A DNA stretch of 64,000 nucleotides from Malacoraja senta (lineage: Eukaryota). The notes beneath the pieces are model-generated. The model saw only the letters and a list, made by a program, of their open reading frames with translations, did no database searches and was not told the origin of the DNA. Location of the stretch: contig CM075982.1 of assembly GCA_038087875.1 (NCBI GenBank), forward strand, positions 37,882,001 to 37,946,000. The letters are read 5' to 3'. Positions 13,181 to 25,809 of the stretch are shown here, piece by piece; the first letter of the stretch is position 1, and each line of letters begins with the position of its first letter. The position numbers and the translations under genes are program-made.

Positions 13181-14146
13181 GAAGGCAGCATGCTGGTGAT
13201 CTGTTAGCTTGGGTTGTTTTTTGTTTGATCTGCCATATCATGGGGTAGAAATGATTTCATGATCGAAAATTAAAATACAAAAAAACACTTTAATGTACAG
13301 CATATCACAGGTTCTTGCCTTTCAGTTACCCCTTTGCACAACAAGTACAGAAAGATAATTGGGAGAAACCTTGTATTAATTATAAAATTGTACAGTTAGT
13401 TGCACACAGATCTCAAGTTATTGGCATGGGGGACGAGGGAGAACAAAACATTTTGATGTGGTGACGGCATATTCTAGGTGTCATTTTAATCATGTTAGAT
13501 AATGGTACCTGTCACAGGATTACCTCTTAAGTACGCGGTATGAATGCTGATGCTGCCTCTAACATCTGGTGTGTAGAAGTGGACTGGCTGGCTGGGAAGC
13601 AGAGTCGAACAACTCCATGTAATATTTCCACGACAGCCCTTTCCTTCCCCTGCCCGACAGGTAAAGAGTTGAATAGTTTCCATCATTGTGGTCTTTCAGA
13701 GTGGCCCGTGTCAAGGTTTAGAACAAAAACTCAACAAAATATTATAATGGCTAGACCCATTTATTCCTTAAGATGTTGTCCCATGCTTATATTTGACAAA
13801 TAATTAAAGGACTTCCTGTATTCCATTTCACACTTAACACGAGTAACTAAAGTCCAGTACGGTTTGTTACCTGCCATTAGCTCGACCCATGTTGGGAGCT
13901 AGGTGGACTGACTGAAGACCATTGCTGCTGAGAACTGCATTGTGGAATAGTCGTCTCCACATATGCCTTAGGCACTACAGTGAAATTAGATGTGTACTAT
14001 CAGCTTTGATCATCCAACATTGGAATACAGCAGTCGGGCAACTATTTTGTATATAATTAACTGTTTATCAGAAAGATTACAATGAATATTAGTAGTTAAA
14101 TAGTCTATGCCGTAATGACCAATTCTGTTTGGCTATGTAGCATCTT

Positions 14147-14152
14147 AATAAA
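14147..14152 (+). terminator. VAPB polyadenylation signal
   Basis: AATAAA ~970 nt after the stop, followed by T-rich sequence. Confidence 0.7.
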
Positions 14153-14350
14153 GCCCAAATTTAATTGATTTTACTTGATCTCGTTATTTTTCAAACTTTC
14201 TTCAACTGGTATCAGGAGTTTGTCAGCAGTCGTTCCTTCATCAATGCAGAGATCAGTTGCTCCATCATGCCAGTAATATTATGCTGTAGACCAAAGTACT
14301 GAATGGAAAATTTAAAAGTCCGTTGCAGTTCTATAAACTGTATGAATAGT

Positions 14351-15045
14351 CATCATCATTATCATCATCATCGGCAGTCACTTGAAACGAGTATGACTGT
14401 CCGCTCCATAGGGTCGTCTACTTGTGGGTCGACAGATGTCTGAAGAGGCCGATCCGCGATCCACACACCTTGGTGCAACGTGGACAGTGGAGACTGGCGG
14501 TGGTTGGTAGTCGTCGAGCCCCCTTCTCTCTCTCCTTACGGTGCTGGCGCTTTGTCTCTGCGACACGGCGTAGTTCCATTTCGTGAAGTGCCGCTCCTTC
14601 CTGCACGGATTTCCTCCAGGAGCACCTGTCCAGTGCAATGTGCTCCCAGTTGCTCGATGTGATGTGGCATTTCTTCAGACTGTTCTTGATGTTGTCCTTG
14701 AAGCATTTCTTTGGCTCGCCGGGGGCTCGCCAACCTTCCTTCAATTGAGAGTACAGGATTTGTTTCGGGAGACGCGTGTTGGACATGCGGATGACAATGG
14801 CCATTCCATCGAAGTTGGTGCTGCATTATTGTGGTGGTCATGTTGGCTTTCTCAAACGCTGATGTTGGTGTGTTTTTGTCCTCCCAGCTGATTCTCAGAA
14901 TCTTTCGCAAGGATCTTTGATGGTATTGTCCCAGGGCTCTCAGGTGCCTGCTGTAGGTGGTCCATGACTCGGCTCCATACAACAGGGTGGAGAGGACAAC
15001 GGCTCTGTAGACCAGCAGTTTTGTTTGGGCCTTTAGGTCTCGGAT
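14351..15045 (-). mobile_element. RTE-clade (BovB-like) LINE 3' fragment
   Basis: YGAESWTTYSRHLRAL, RLPKQILYSQL, terminal CPRC...HLSTH zinc-finger-like motif; (GAT)n tail. Confidence 0.88.
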
Positions 15046-16179
15046 ATGAATAGTAGCACAATGTGTATGAAAGAACTGCAGATGCTGGTTTAAATTGAAG
15101 GGAGACTCAAAATGCTGGAGTAACTCAGCGGGACAGGCAGCATCTCTGGAGAGAAGGAATGGGTGACGTTTTGGGTCAAGACCCTTCTTCAGACTGTACC
15201 TTCAAATAGTAGCACAAAGTGCTCACTCCAAATGTAACCCAAAGCTTTTGTGGTATGTGGTGAGTTTCAACTCTCGCATATGTACCAAATATCTAGCATT
15301 CTTTTAAAGGCAAGACAAAGGCGTTTTTGTTTTTGTTTTAAAATTCCAGTGGCTGTTTGGAGCAATTGCTGGGAAATCTCATTGATAACAGTACCTTTTG
15401 GAGCCAGGTTTTTCCAGTGACGTGAGCTAACTTTGGAGCGCAAGGCTTGCAATTGACGTTGAATTTTGAAACGTGCAGCTACTTGTTATGTAGACCAAAT
15501 TAATTGGGAAAATCTAGATAATTGAGCAACTGGGCTTCCCAGTCCAACAACAGATGGAGATCCACCGATTGGTTAACCACTTCACCTCATCTGTGAAATC
15601 TGAAACGACTAACTGCATTAATATTTGATAACATGGCACCCAGTTATTCAGTATCCATGATGTCACCTTGGAGAACAGTGTAATTTAGTACAGGGGCTTG
15701 CGAGGCATTTAACTGCCAAGCTGGCCGTGAATTTACCTTGTTCCATCAGTGACCTTTATATGCGTGGATAATGTTTTGGCCCTGCATAATGGGAGGCACC
15801 TATTAGCTTTCACAGCCCTTGGGAGGGGAGAGGGAGTGAGACCACCTGGACTAGCTGGGTCCGTGTATCCCAGTGGGTGTCAATCCATAACTTTTCCATC
15901 ATCTGTTGGGAATCCAATTCGACCTTGTACGAAGGTAAATAAAAGGAGGCAAATTCATAAGATGGGGGAATGAAAACCGAAAAGAACACTGACATTGAGA
16001 GGGAGAGCAGTTACTGGAATCCTGAAATCAATGGGTGCTGGAATTACCAAGCAGATCAGGCTCAGTGGTAAAAGAAGAGTTGGTGTTGTGAATGTATGGT
16101 CTTGCATCAGACCTGGGCAGTTGTCTGAATGTATTATTGACTCCAGGGGACTGCACCATGTTATGATGTAAGCTTTGTT

Positions 16180-16578
16180 TACTGGGCTTGTACACTCTGG
16201 AATTTAGAAGGAAGAGAAGGGATCTTATTGAAACATATGAGATTATTAAGGGTTTGGTCACTTTAGAGGCAGGAAACACGTTCCCAATGTTGGGGGAGTC
16301 CAGAACCAGGGGCCACAGTTTAAGAATAAGGGGTAAGCCATTTAGAACGGGGATGAGGAAACACTTTTTCACACAGAGTTGTGAGTCTGTGGAATTCTCT
16401 GCCTCAGAGGGCGGTGGAGGCCGGTTCTTTGGATACTTTCAAGAGAGAGCTAGATATGGCTCTTGAAGATAGCAGAGTCAGGGGATATGGGGAGGGCAGG
16501 AATGGGGTAATGGTTGTGGATGATCAGCCATGATCATATTGAATGGCGGTGCTGGCTTGAAGGGCCTATTGTCTATTG
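16180..16578 (+). mobile_element. CR1 LINE 3' end
   Basis: GLYTLEFRR...RTRGHSLRIRG; CR1 3' UTR and CTATTGT tail. Confidence 0.85.
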
Positions 16579-16723
16579 TTGAAAGAGTGTGGAAGCCAAA
16601 CAACTGTCAGAGTGAGCTGGAGAATTAAAGTGACCAGCGACTAGAAGCTGAGGGTTACCCGAACAGAGGTGTTTCACAAAGCAAGTCACCCAATCTGAGT
16701 TTGATTTCCCCAGTGCATGGATC

Positions 16724-16863
16724 GGGGTGGGAGATTGCAACCTTCACGTGGTCTGCCCTATTTTCGACTAATGCAATCAACCTGGCGTGCACAATCCAAT
16801 AAGATCAAATAGAACAAGTTGTCCTGCAACTTTAGGCTGTGCACGCCATACTCAAGAAGAAGA
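16724..16863 (+). mobile_element. Short retroposon with 5' HDV-like ribozyme fold, copy 1
   Basis: 12-bp TSD AGTGCATGGATC (16712-16723 / 16864-16875); (GAA)n tail; ribozyme fold 16724-16778 with the post-P1 G changed to A. Confidence 0.85.
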
Positions 16864-17736
16864 AGTGCATGGATCAAATCGTAAGTATGCCACCGATTGG
16901 ACAAAGTGCCAATGAATTACTGCTCCACCAAAGGGTAATCCCATAATATGAATTATCTGACCAAAATAACTAGTTTATTTGCATTGACGTCGTTGCGGGA
17001 TTGTGAAGGACTTGCCTCCTAACACGGGAGATTTTTGGATGTCTGCCCCAGCTCTGTGGATACTTCTGAGTGTCAGCGAACATTTTGTATTTGAGGCCAT
17101 CCTGTCCAAGCATGATGGATGCCCACTTTCAGGGCTGAGCAAGCTAGCAATTCTGCAGATACTGAATTTTAACTACAAGGTTAGACAGGAGAAGCTAAGA
17201 AGGCCAAATGGAAGCGTGCAGGATGACTTTTGATCAGCTAAACAGACTAATGAGTCTGTTCTCATTAACAAGCATTTCAAGAACCTGGGATGATTGATTC
17301 ATAGAACAGGAAAAAGATGCAAAGGGATAGCTTTTTGACACAGTGGTTATGATCTGAAATTTGCTTCTGCTACAAGTGGAGGGTGGTGTCAATCAGGGTT
17401 TTCAATGGGGAACTGCATTGCCAATTTACAATGGCCACTCAACCTATTAACCTCCACGTCTCTTGGGATTCAACAGGAAATCTGTACCTTCAGGAAACTT
17501 GCAGTCGCAGAAAGGATCATCAGTAGGACTACAGCGAAAATAATCGATAGCATTTTAGAGAAGCAATAGGGAAGAGAATGGAACAGATTGAACATCCAAG
17601 TTGCTAACATGAACTCAATGGTTGATTGGCCTGTGTCAAAATTATTCTAGGTATCTCACTATCATTCATCCTGTACTAAAGCCCTAATAAAAGACTCAAC
17701 AGATTAAAAATAGACAATAGGTGCAGGAGTAGGCCA

Positions 17737-19575
17737 ATTTTTTGAGGATGTAACTAGGAAAATGGACAAGGGAGAGCCAGTGGATGTAGTGTACCTGGAC
17801 TCCTGCAGGAACGGGGTAGTGATTGGGGATGATCATGGTCACCCCTTACTCCCCATGGAATCTTTCTTCCTCTTTGGAATGAACCAATCCTGCACCTTCT
17901 GGATTATACCCAGAAATACTTGCCATTGTTGTTCCACTGTCATCTCTGCTAGGGTATCTTTCCAGTCAACTTTGGCCAACTCCTCCCTCATGGCTCTATA
18001 GTCCCCTTTGTTCAACTGTAATACCGACACCTCCGATTTACCCTTCTCCCTCTCAAATTGTCGATTAAAACTTATCATATCACTACCTCCTAATACCTCC
18101 TTTACCTCGAGTTCCCTTACCAAATCCAGTTCATTACTCAACACTAAATTCAGAATTGCCTTCTACCTGGTAAGCTCCAGGACAAGCTACTCCATCACGG
18201 AGGCACTCCACAAACTCCCTTTCTTGGGGTCCAGTTCCAACCTGATTTTCCCAGTCTACCTGCAGGTTGAAATCTCCCATAACACCGTAGCATTACCTTT
18301 GCGACATGCCAATTTTAACTCTTGATTCACTTGCACCCTATATGCAAGCAGTTTGGGGGGGCTGTAGATAACTCCCATTAGGGTCGTCTTTAGGGCCTCT
18401 AAAGTGACCAAACCCTTAATAAGGAGATTAGTGGGCAAAATTAGCGGACACGGTATTGGGGTAGAGTGCTGACATGGATAGAAAATTGGTTGGCAGACAG
18501 GAAACAAAGAGTAGGGATTAACGGGTCCCTTTCAGAATGGCAGGCAGTGACTAGTGGGGTACCGCAAGGCTCGGTGCTGGCACCGCAGCTATTTACAATA
18601 TACATCAATGATTTAAATGAAGGGATTCAAAGTAACATTAGCAAATTTGCAGATGACACAAAGCTGGGTGGCAATGTGAACTGTGAGGAGGATGCTATGA
18701 GAATGCAGGTTGACTTGGACAGGTTGGGTGAGTGGGCAGATGCATGGCAGATGCAGTTTAATGTGCATAAATGTGAGGTTAACCACTTTGATAGCAAAAA
18801 CAGGAAGGCAGATTACTATCTAAATGGTGTCAAGTTGGGAAAAGGGGAAGTACAACGGGATCTGGGGGTCCTTGTTCATCAGTCAATGAAAGTAAGCATG
18901 CAGATACAGCAGGCAGTGAAGAAAGCAAATGGCATGTTGGCCTTTATAACAAGAGGAGTTGAGTACAGGAGCAAAGAGGTGCTTCTGCAGTTGTATAGGG
19001 CCCTAGTGAGACCACACCTGGAATATTGTGTGCAGTTTTGGTCCCCTAATTTGAGGAAGGACATTCTTGCTATTCAGGGAGTGCAGCATAGGTTTGCAAG
19101 GTTAATTCCCGGGATGGCGGGACTGTCATATGCTGAGAGAATGGAGCGGCTGGGCTTGTATACTCTGGAGTTTAGAAGGATGAGAGGGGATTGATCTTAT
19201 TGAAACATAAGATTATTAAGGGTTTGGACACGCTAGAGGCAGGAAACATGTTCCTGATGTTGGGGGAATCCAGAACCAGGGGCCACAGTTTAAGAATAAG
19301 GGGTAAGCTATTTAGAACGGAGATGAGGAAACACTTCTTCACACAGAGAGTTGTGAGTCTGTGGAATTCTCTGCCTCAGAGGGCAGTGGGGGACGGCTCT
19401 CTGGATGCTTTCAAGAGAGAGCTAGATAGGGCTCTTAAAGATAGGGGATATCTTTAGGGGATATGGGGAGAAGGCAGGAACGGGGTACTGATTGGGGATG
19501 ATCAGCCATGATCACATTGAATGGCAGTGCTGGCTAGAAGGGACGAATGGCCTATTCCTGCACCTATTGTCTTGT
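17737..19575 (+). mobile_element. CR1 LINE RT region (rearranged; ORF 18466-19194 plus 3' UTR)
   Basis: VDVVYLD, SGVPQGSVL, KFADDTKLGG, RPHLEYCVQFWSP; CR1 3' tail CTATTGTCTTGTCTA. Confidence 0.92.
17836..18390 (-). mobile_element. CR1 endonuclease/linker fragment in inverted orientation
   Basis: Minus ORF with EVLGGSDM, KGDYRAMREELAKVDW, QQWQVF. Confidence 0.8.
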
Positions 19576-19579
19576 CTAC

Positions 19580-20336
19580 TGCACTCCACGGTTACTCTCC
19601 TTTCTCAGTCATCCACCTTCGTTCTTCCTGTATCCTTGGCGTGACAACCTCACTGTAGGTCCTGTCCAGGAAACGCTCGTTTTCCCGGATGGCCCTGAGG
19701 TCATCCAGTTGCTTCTCCAATTCCCTAACACGTTCGTTCAGGAGCTGCACCTGGACACAATTTCTGCAGGTGTAGTTTCCAGTGTTCCTGTCTTCCCACA
19801 TCCTGCAGGAAACACACTGCTCCAACATGCCTGCTATTTCCTCAGAAGACAAGTCTCAATTTCCAACAAGTGCAGCCTCTTTGCCTCAGCCTCCTCGCCG
19901 AAGACTCGCACTTTTCTCACAAGGCACTTCCCTCGACTGGCTGCTCCCCTCGAGCAACCTTGCTCATATTGGCTGATTAATTACCTAATTTGCCAATTTC
20001 CCAATTTGCAAATTCGATTCCTCAGCCAATCCCTGCTTTCCTTCACCAGCTGCCCCTCCTGCTCCGACCTCTTGAAGGTTTGAGTTTTAGCTGGTCCCGT
20101 CTGGCATTTAAACAATTGCCGCTACCGCTCTCAGCCACTCACCGCTCCCTTCACCTGTCGCCACTCCTGTTCCGACCTCCTTGAAAAGTATGCGCTGTAA
20201 CTGGTCCCGCCTGGATTTGAAGACAACCGCTACCGCTACCTAGAGAAAAACACGGTAAAAACTCCTAAGAGCTTACCTCTCAGCAAATCCCCACTTTCCT
20301 TCACCTGCTGCCGCTCCTGCTCCGACCTCTTGAAAA
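19580..20336 (-). mobile_element. CR1 5' UTR (three tandem monomers ~20020-20335) and ORF1 start
   Basis: QCVSCRMWE...TCRNCVQVQLLNERVRELEKQLDDLR (zinc finger plus leucine zipper typical of CR1 ORF1); repeated CCTGCTCCGACCTCTTGAA units. Confidence 0.8.
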
Positions 20337-21223
20337 TAAATGAATTCATTTTGGTTCTGAGTTGTAAGTAGATGGTTTAATCAGGTTGAATTCAGTACAG
20401 AAAAATATCTATGATTGATGAGGAAATTGCAGTTGTCTACATGAAGGAGGGAAGGAGGGAGGGAGGAGGCATCTATTAATGGATTTGAATACAATTATTT
20501 GTTATTCCTGAACAACTCTGACCTCTAAGTCAACAGAATTATTCAAGAATGCTCTATGCTGAGAGCAGAAATGGTTATTAAAACATTAATAAGGGTTTGA
20601 CTTCAAGAGGAAAATTTGAACTTCTAGATGTGAATTTCACAAGTAATCAGGTTTGACAGGAATTTAGAGAAATATTTTCCTCAATCCAATTGATTTGTAA
20701 AAGTGTCTCCCAGCTAACATTGGTGGGTGGATTAATTACTTGGTTTAGCCGAAGAATGCTTAGTTACTGACTGGAGACACATTCCACAGGGCATTTGTCA
20801 CAATGATGAAAGTCAAGCATTAGGTTGCAGTCCATTGACGCACAAAATCCAGATCCCTGCCCCGTGTATTGGCTCTCTTAGACCAGGAAGGTTGTCATTT
20901 CCTTTCATATAAATAGCCTTGTCCTAGCTGGCTGGCTGTGAAGATAAATATGGTGATATTGAGTCACTTTCCAGAGACTTGTACTTAAAACTGACATTCC
21001 CTCTGTAGTATTAATTTAATGGAATGTTGGAACCAGTAACATTTGATCAAGACCTTAAAACAAGGTTCCAACTGCCCCTCAGTGGCATGTAATAGATCTT
21101 GCAATACTATGAAGAACAAAAGATTTTTTTCTACAACCAACATCACTGATAAAGATTATCTGGTTACTTATTGGAATTTGTCATGTACAAGTTCTAAGCA
21201 CTATTACAACAAATCTTAAGGTA

Positions 21224-22459
21224 CAAGATTCAAGATTCAAGAGAGTTTATTGTCATGTGTCCCAGATAGGTCAATGAAATTCTTACTTTGCTTCAGCACA
21301 ACAGAATATAGTAGGCATGAATACAGAACAGATCAGTGTGTCCATATACCATTATATAAATATATACACACATGAATAAATAAACAGATAATGAGCTATT
21401 AATGTTCAGAGTTTTGTTTGAGTTTAGTTTAATAGCCTGATGGCTGTGGGGAAGTAGCTATTCCTGAACCTGGACTTTGCAGTCTTCAGGTTCCTGTACC
21501 TTCTACCTGAAGGTAGCAGGGAGATGAGTGTGTGGCCAGGATGGTGTGGGTCCTTGATGATGATGCCAGCCTTTTTGAGGCAGCGACTGCGATAGATCTC
21601 CTCAATGGTAGGGAGGTCAGAGCCGATGATGGACTGGGCAGTGTTTACTACTTTTTGTAGTCTTTTCAGCTCCTGGGCGCTCAAGTTGCCGAACCAAGCC
21701 ACGATGCAACCGGTCAGCATGCTCTCTACTGTGCACCTGTAGAAGTTAGAGAGAGTCCTCCTTGACAAACTGACTCTCCGTAATCTTCTCAGGAAGTAGA
21801 GGCGCTGATGTGCTTTCTTTATAATTGCATCAGTTTTCTCGGACCAGGAGAGATCTTCAGAAATATGCATGCCCAGGAGTTTGAAGCTCTTGACCCTCTC
21901 TACCATCGACCCGTTGATATAAACGGGACTGTGGGTCCCCATCCTACCCCTTCCAAAGTCCACAATCAGTTCCTTGGTTTTGCTGGTGTTGAGGGCCAGG
22001 TTATTGTGCTGGCACCATATGGTCAGTCGGTTGATCTCTCTTCTATACTCTGACTCATCCTCATCAGTGATACATCCCACAACAGTGGTGTCATCAGCGA
22101 ACTTGATGATGGAGTTCGCACTTTGACCGGCTATGCAGTCATGAGTATAGAGTGAGTACAGCAGGGGCTGAGCACGCAGCCTTGAGGTGCTCCCCTGCTG
22201 TGTTATCGAGGCTGACACATTTCCACCAATACGAACAGTCTGTGGTCTTTGAATGAAGAAGTCGAGGATCCAATTGCAGAGGGATGCGCAGAGACCCAGA
22301 TCTGAGAGCTTGGTAACCAGCTTGGAGGGGATGATTGTATTAAATGCCGAGCTGTAATCAATGAATAACAGCCTGACATATGAGTTTTTGTTGACCAAGT
22401 GGTCCATAGCGGAGTGGATAGCCAGCGAGATCGCATCCACCGTTGATCTGTTGCACCGT
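21224..22459 (-). mobile_element. Rex1/Babar non-LTR retrotransposon, 5'-truncated, relatively young
   Basis: 338-aa frame with [16 protein letters not shown] and [10 protein letters not shown]. The GAPQG motif is scrambled by compensating frameshifts. (TCTTGAA)n tail. Confidence 0.92.
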
Positions 22460-22768
22460 TTAGCAACAATGCTAAATTCTAAAAAGCCATTGTAGGAAAA
22501 AAGTCCGATTTTTATTTTTTAATATTTTGCCACTGTCAGAAGATGTGGTTCTTGTCTCATGAGTGATCTTTTTGTTTACCTGTAGATCTTTATTTTATTG
22601 TCTTCCAACTTAACCAAACAGTTGATTAAATGAACAAGTAATGTTGACTGAAGATGAATTCTCTTAACCTAACACATTGAACACATGAAACACTCGCAGA
22701 TTTGGAGCTGATTGCAAAGTTGTAATTGTTGGAGTTGTTGTAATGCTTAACACATATTAATATAACAT

Positions 22769-22959
22769 GTGTAGGAAGGAACTGCAGATGCTGGTTTAAA
22801 CCAAAGATAGACAAAAAAGCTGGAGTAACTCAGTGGGACTGGCAGCATCTCTGGAGAGAAGCAATGGGTGACGTTTCGGGTCTGAAGAAGGGTCTCGACC
22901 CGAAACATCACCCATTCCTTCTCTCCAGTGATGCTGCCTGTCTCACTGAGTTACTCCAG
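22769..22959. repeat. Palindromic Penelope-type short element with hammerhead core at 22878-22913
   Basis: Foldback 22820-22959; centre reads GGGT-CTGAAGA-A-GGGTC-TC-GACCC-GAAACATC-ACCC. Confidence 0.75.
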
Positions 22960-23764
22960 TTGAATATGATAACCTTGGCAAATCTATACCTGCTGCATTG
23001 TTTACTCATTAATATAGAATGCCTCATTGTACTCTACAAGCGAGTACACTTCACACAAACACACAAAATGAAAATGATCAGTTGTGGTGATAGTTGGCTG
23101 GGAAGATGAACATTGGACAGATCACTGGGGAAAAGCTGACTGGGACCACATAAATTTTTAATACCCTCCTGAAAAGACAGACAGGATGTTGGCTAAATGT
23201 TCTTCTCTTGGAGTCGTACAACAAGGGTACAGGCCTCCTGGTCCATCCGACCATCATGCACACATTTACATTGATCCTGTTTTATTCTCCCACTCACCTA
23301 AATACTAGGGGTAATCATTTATCCTTCCAAGTCCAACCTGCATGTTTTTGGAATGTGAGGGGAAACTGGAGAAATCCTTGCATTCACAGGAAGAACATGT
23401 AGTGCTTGGAGAATTGTTAGGTAGCAACTGTCCTATTGTGTGCCAGTGTACTTCCTTCCCTCATGGCTCATACAAACACCGTGTGTAACGTGATACCGGA
23501 TATCCAGTTTGATGGGCAGGATCAGATTTCTGGAATAGATTAATCAAAATCTCTTGTTGGCTTGAGTTACAGCTGGCGAGTACCTAAGACATGTCTGAAC
23601 CTGGCTGCTCCCTGGGTAAGGGGTGCCTCCTTTAAGACATTGTGTCATTTCTGTTGCTGTAACCACAGTAAATGTGGGTGGAGGGGATGAGAGCAATAGT
23701 TGGGAGTACAGGTGGGGCACAGGGGAGGAGGTGTGGAGAAAAGGGGAGGGGGGAAGGGTTGTTT

Positions 23765-24350
23765 GAGGTTATCTAAAATTGGAGAATTCAATGTTCATAC
23801 CATTGTGTTGTAAGCTACCGAAGCCGAATATGAGTCGCTGTTCCTCCAGTTTGCATGTGGCCTAACTCTGGCAATGGAGGATGCTCAGGATAGAAAGTTC
23901 AGTATGAGAATGAGAAGAGGAATTAAAATGGTTAGCCACTAGGAGATCCAGTAAATCTTGGCATACCGAGCGCAAATGTTCAGAGAAACGGTTGGTGAGT
24001 AAATGGTTGGTCTCGCCGATGTAGAAGAGGCCACATCGGGAACACCGGATGAAGTAGATCAGGTTAGAGGAGGTGCGCGTGAACTTTTGTCTCAGCTGGA
24101 AGGACTGGTGGAGGTATAGGGATAGTTGTTACATCTCCTGTTGTTGCAGGGGAGAATACCTGGGGAGGGGGTGGTTAAGGTGGGAACGGATGTGAACTAA
24201 GGGGTTGTAGATGGAGAGGTCTATGCGGAAGGTGGAAAGTGGTGTAGATGGGAAGATGTGACTGGTAGTGGGATCACAATGGAGGTGACGGAAATGTTAG
24301 AGGATGATGTGGAGGCTGGTGGGGTGAAAGGTGAGGACCAAGGGAACTCT
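23765..24350 (-). mobile_element. Penelope-like element, GIY-YIG endonuclease region (decayed)
   Basis: Minus strand reads SNLIYFIRCSRCGLFYIGET...RFSEHLRS...VANHFNS...KLEEQRLIF...GMNIEFSNFR. Confidence 0.88.
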
Positions 24351-24906
24351 ATTATTGTGGAAAAATGATTAGAAATGATGTTTCAATTGAGAACTGCTCC
24401 TGGATGGGCATTACTGGCAGTGAACAAAACTTAAGAAGGTCATTTGAAAGCAAAAGATGAAACTATCTCAGTATTTCCAACACCATTTCACATGTAATAT
24501 TGTTGGCACCCTCTTCCTTCTCAACAATTCCCAAGAGTTAAAATGACCTCCTGTTCCAAACTACTTAGAATTTAACATTGAATTAATAATCCATTCACGG
24601 GACCTGCCAGTAAAGGCAGCAATTATTGTCCATTGATTGAGTGGTTTGTTGGCTATTTTAATAGTCAAGTCAACTGTAGTTCTGCGGAGTCACAAGTTGA
24701 CTCCGCAGAACTACAGTGTAAGGGCAGCAGATTTCAAGGGATATTAGTGAGCTAGGTGGATTTTCACAAGGATTTCATGGTCTGCATCACTGATTATGGA
24801 TTCCAGATTTATTAAATTAATACACTCCTTTATAATTAGTCCAAGCCTTACTACGTCAGTACTAATCCCATAGCACTGTCATCATTTTGCTGTAATCTAA
24901 TACAAT

Positions 24907-25172
24907 GGGGCAACACAGTGTTGCTGCCTTACAGTGCTAGATCCTGACTACAGGTGCAGTCTGTACGGAGTTTGTACGTTCTCCCTGTGACTGTTGGTTT
25001 TCTCGGAATGCTCCGGTTTCTGCCCACGTTCCTAAGGTGTGCAAATTTGTAGGTTAATTGGCTTCTGTAAATTGTCTTTGTGTGCAGGATAGAACTAGTG
25101 TATGAGTGATTGCTGGTCAGTGCAGACTCGGTGGGCCGAAGGCCCTGTTTCCACACTTTTTCTCTAAACTAA
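24907..25172 (+). mobile_element. tRNA-derived SINE (HE1-like), partly deleted
   Basis: Homologous to 44183-44478; CR1-like 3' end GGGCCGAAGGCCCTGTTTCCAC...CTAAACTAAAC. Confidence 0.75.
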
Positions 25173-25809
25173 ACCAATTTCAGTCCATGGTGCAGGTTAA
25201 CATTGCCATCCAATCTAAACAAACTTCTCATCACAATATAGTGGCAAAATACATGCTATTATCTAGTGATATCAGCTAATATTACAATCCACATCACTTG
25301 GGTTGCCACAGCTATGCTAGAAGTTTTGCTGAAAAACCCCCCAAAGTGTTAAATATTTAACAAGTGGTGTAAATATCTAAGTTTACCAAAGACACAAAAG
25401 CAGATGGTTAAATGAACAGTGAGGAGCAAGCAAGTGTCTTCATAGAAACATAGCCAGGATACATAAGTAAACAAAAAAGTGTTGTGTGGAAAATAGCTCG
25501 GGACAATGTGTGATTATTCTTCTTGTTTTGAAAAATTAAAAAAATAGATTCAATGTGGAGCGTAGAGGGGACACTAAATGGTAAAGACGGGAGATCTGCA
25601 GAGATGGGCAGACCACAGGTTCAGACAGAGAGATGGATGGCTACCAGGCAGATAGTTTGTGCAGGAGCCCCTTGTGGCTGTCCCTACACTAACAGGCATA
25701 TCGTTTTGGATATTGTAGTGGGGGTAGAGGAGGGGAGCACAGGGTTTCTCAGGAAAAAGCAACAGCAGCAGCCAGATCAGTGGCACCACAGTTGAATAGC
25801 ATTGACGGT

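Noticed and set aside
21424-22440. Active Rex1 reverse transcriptase gene
   Set aside because: 5'-truncated, no endonuclease, and the PQG motif is disrupted by compensating frameshifts
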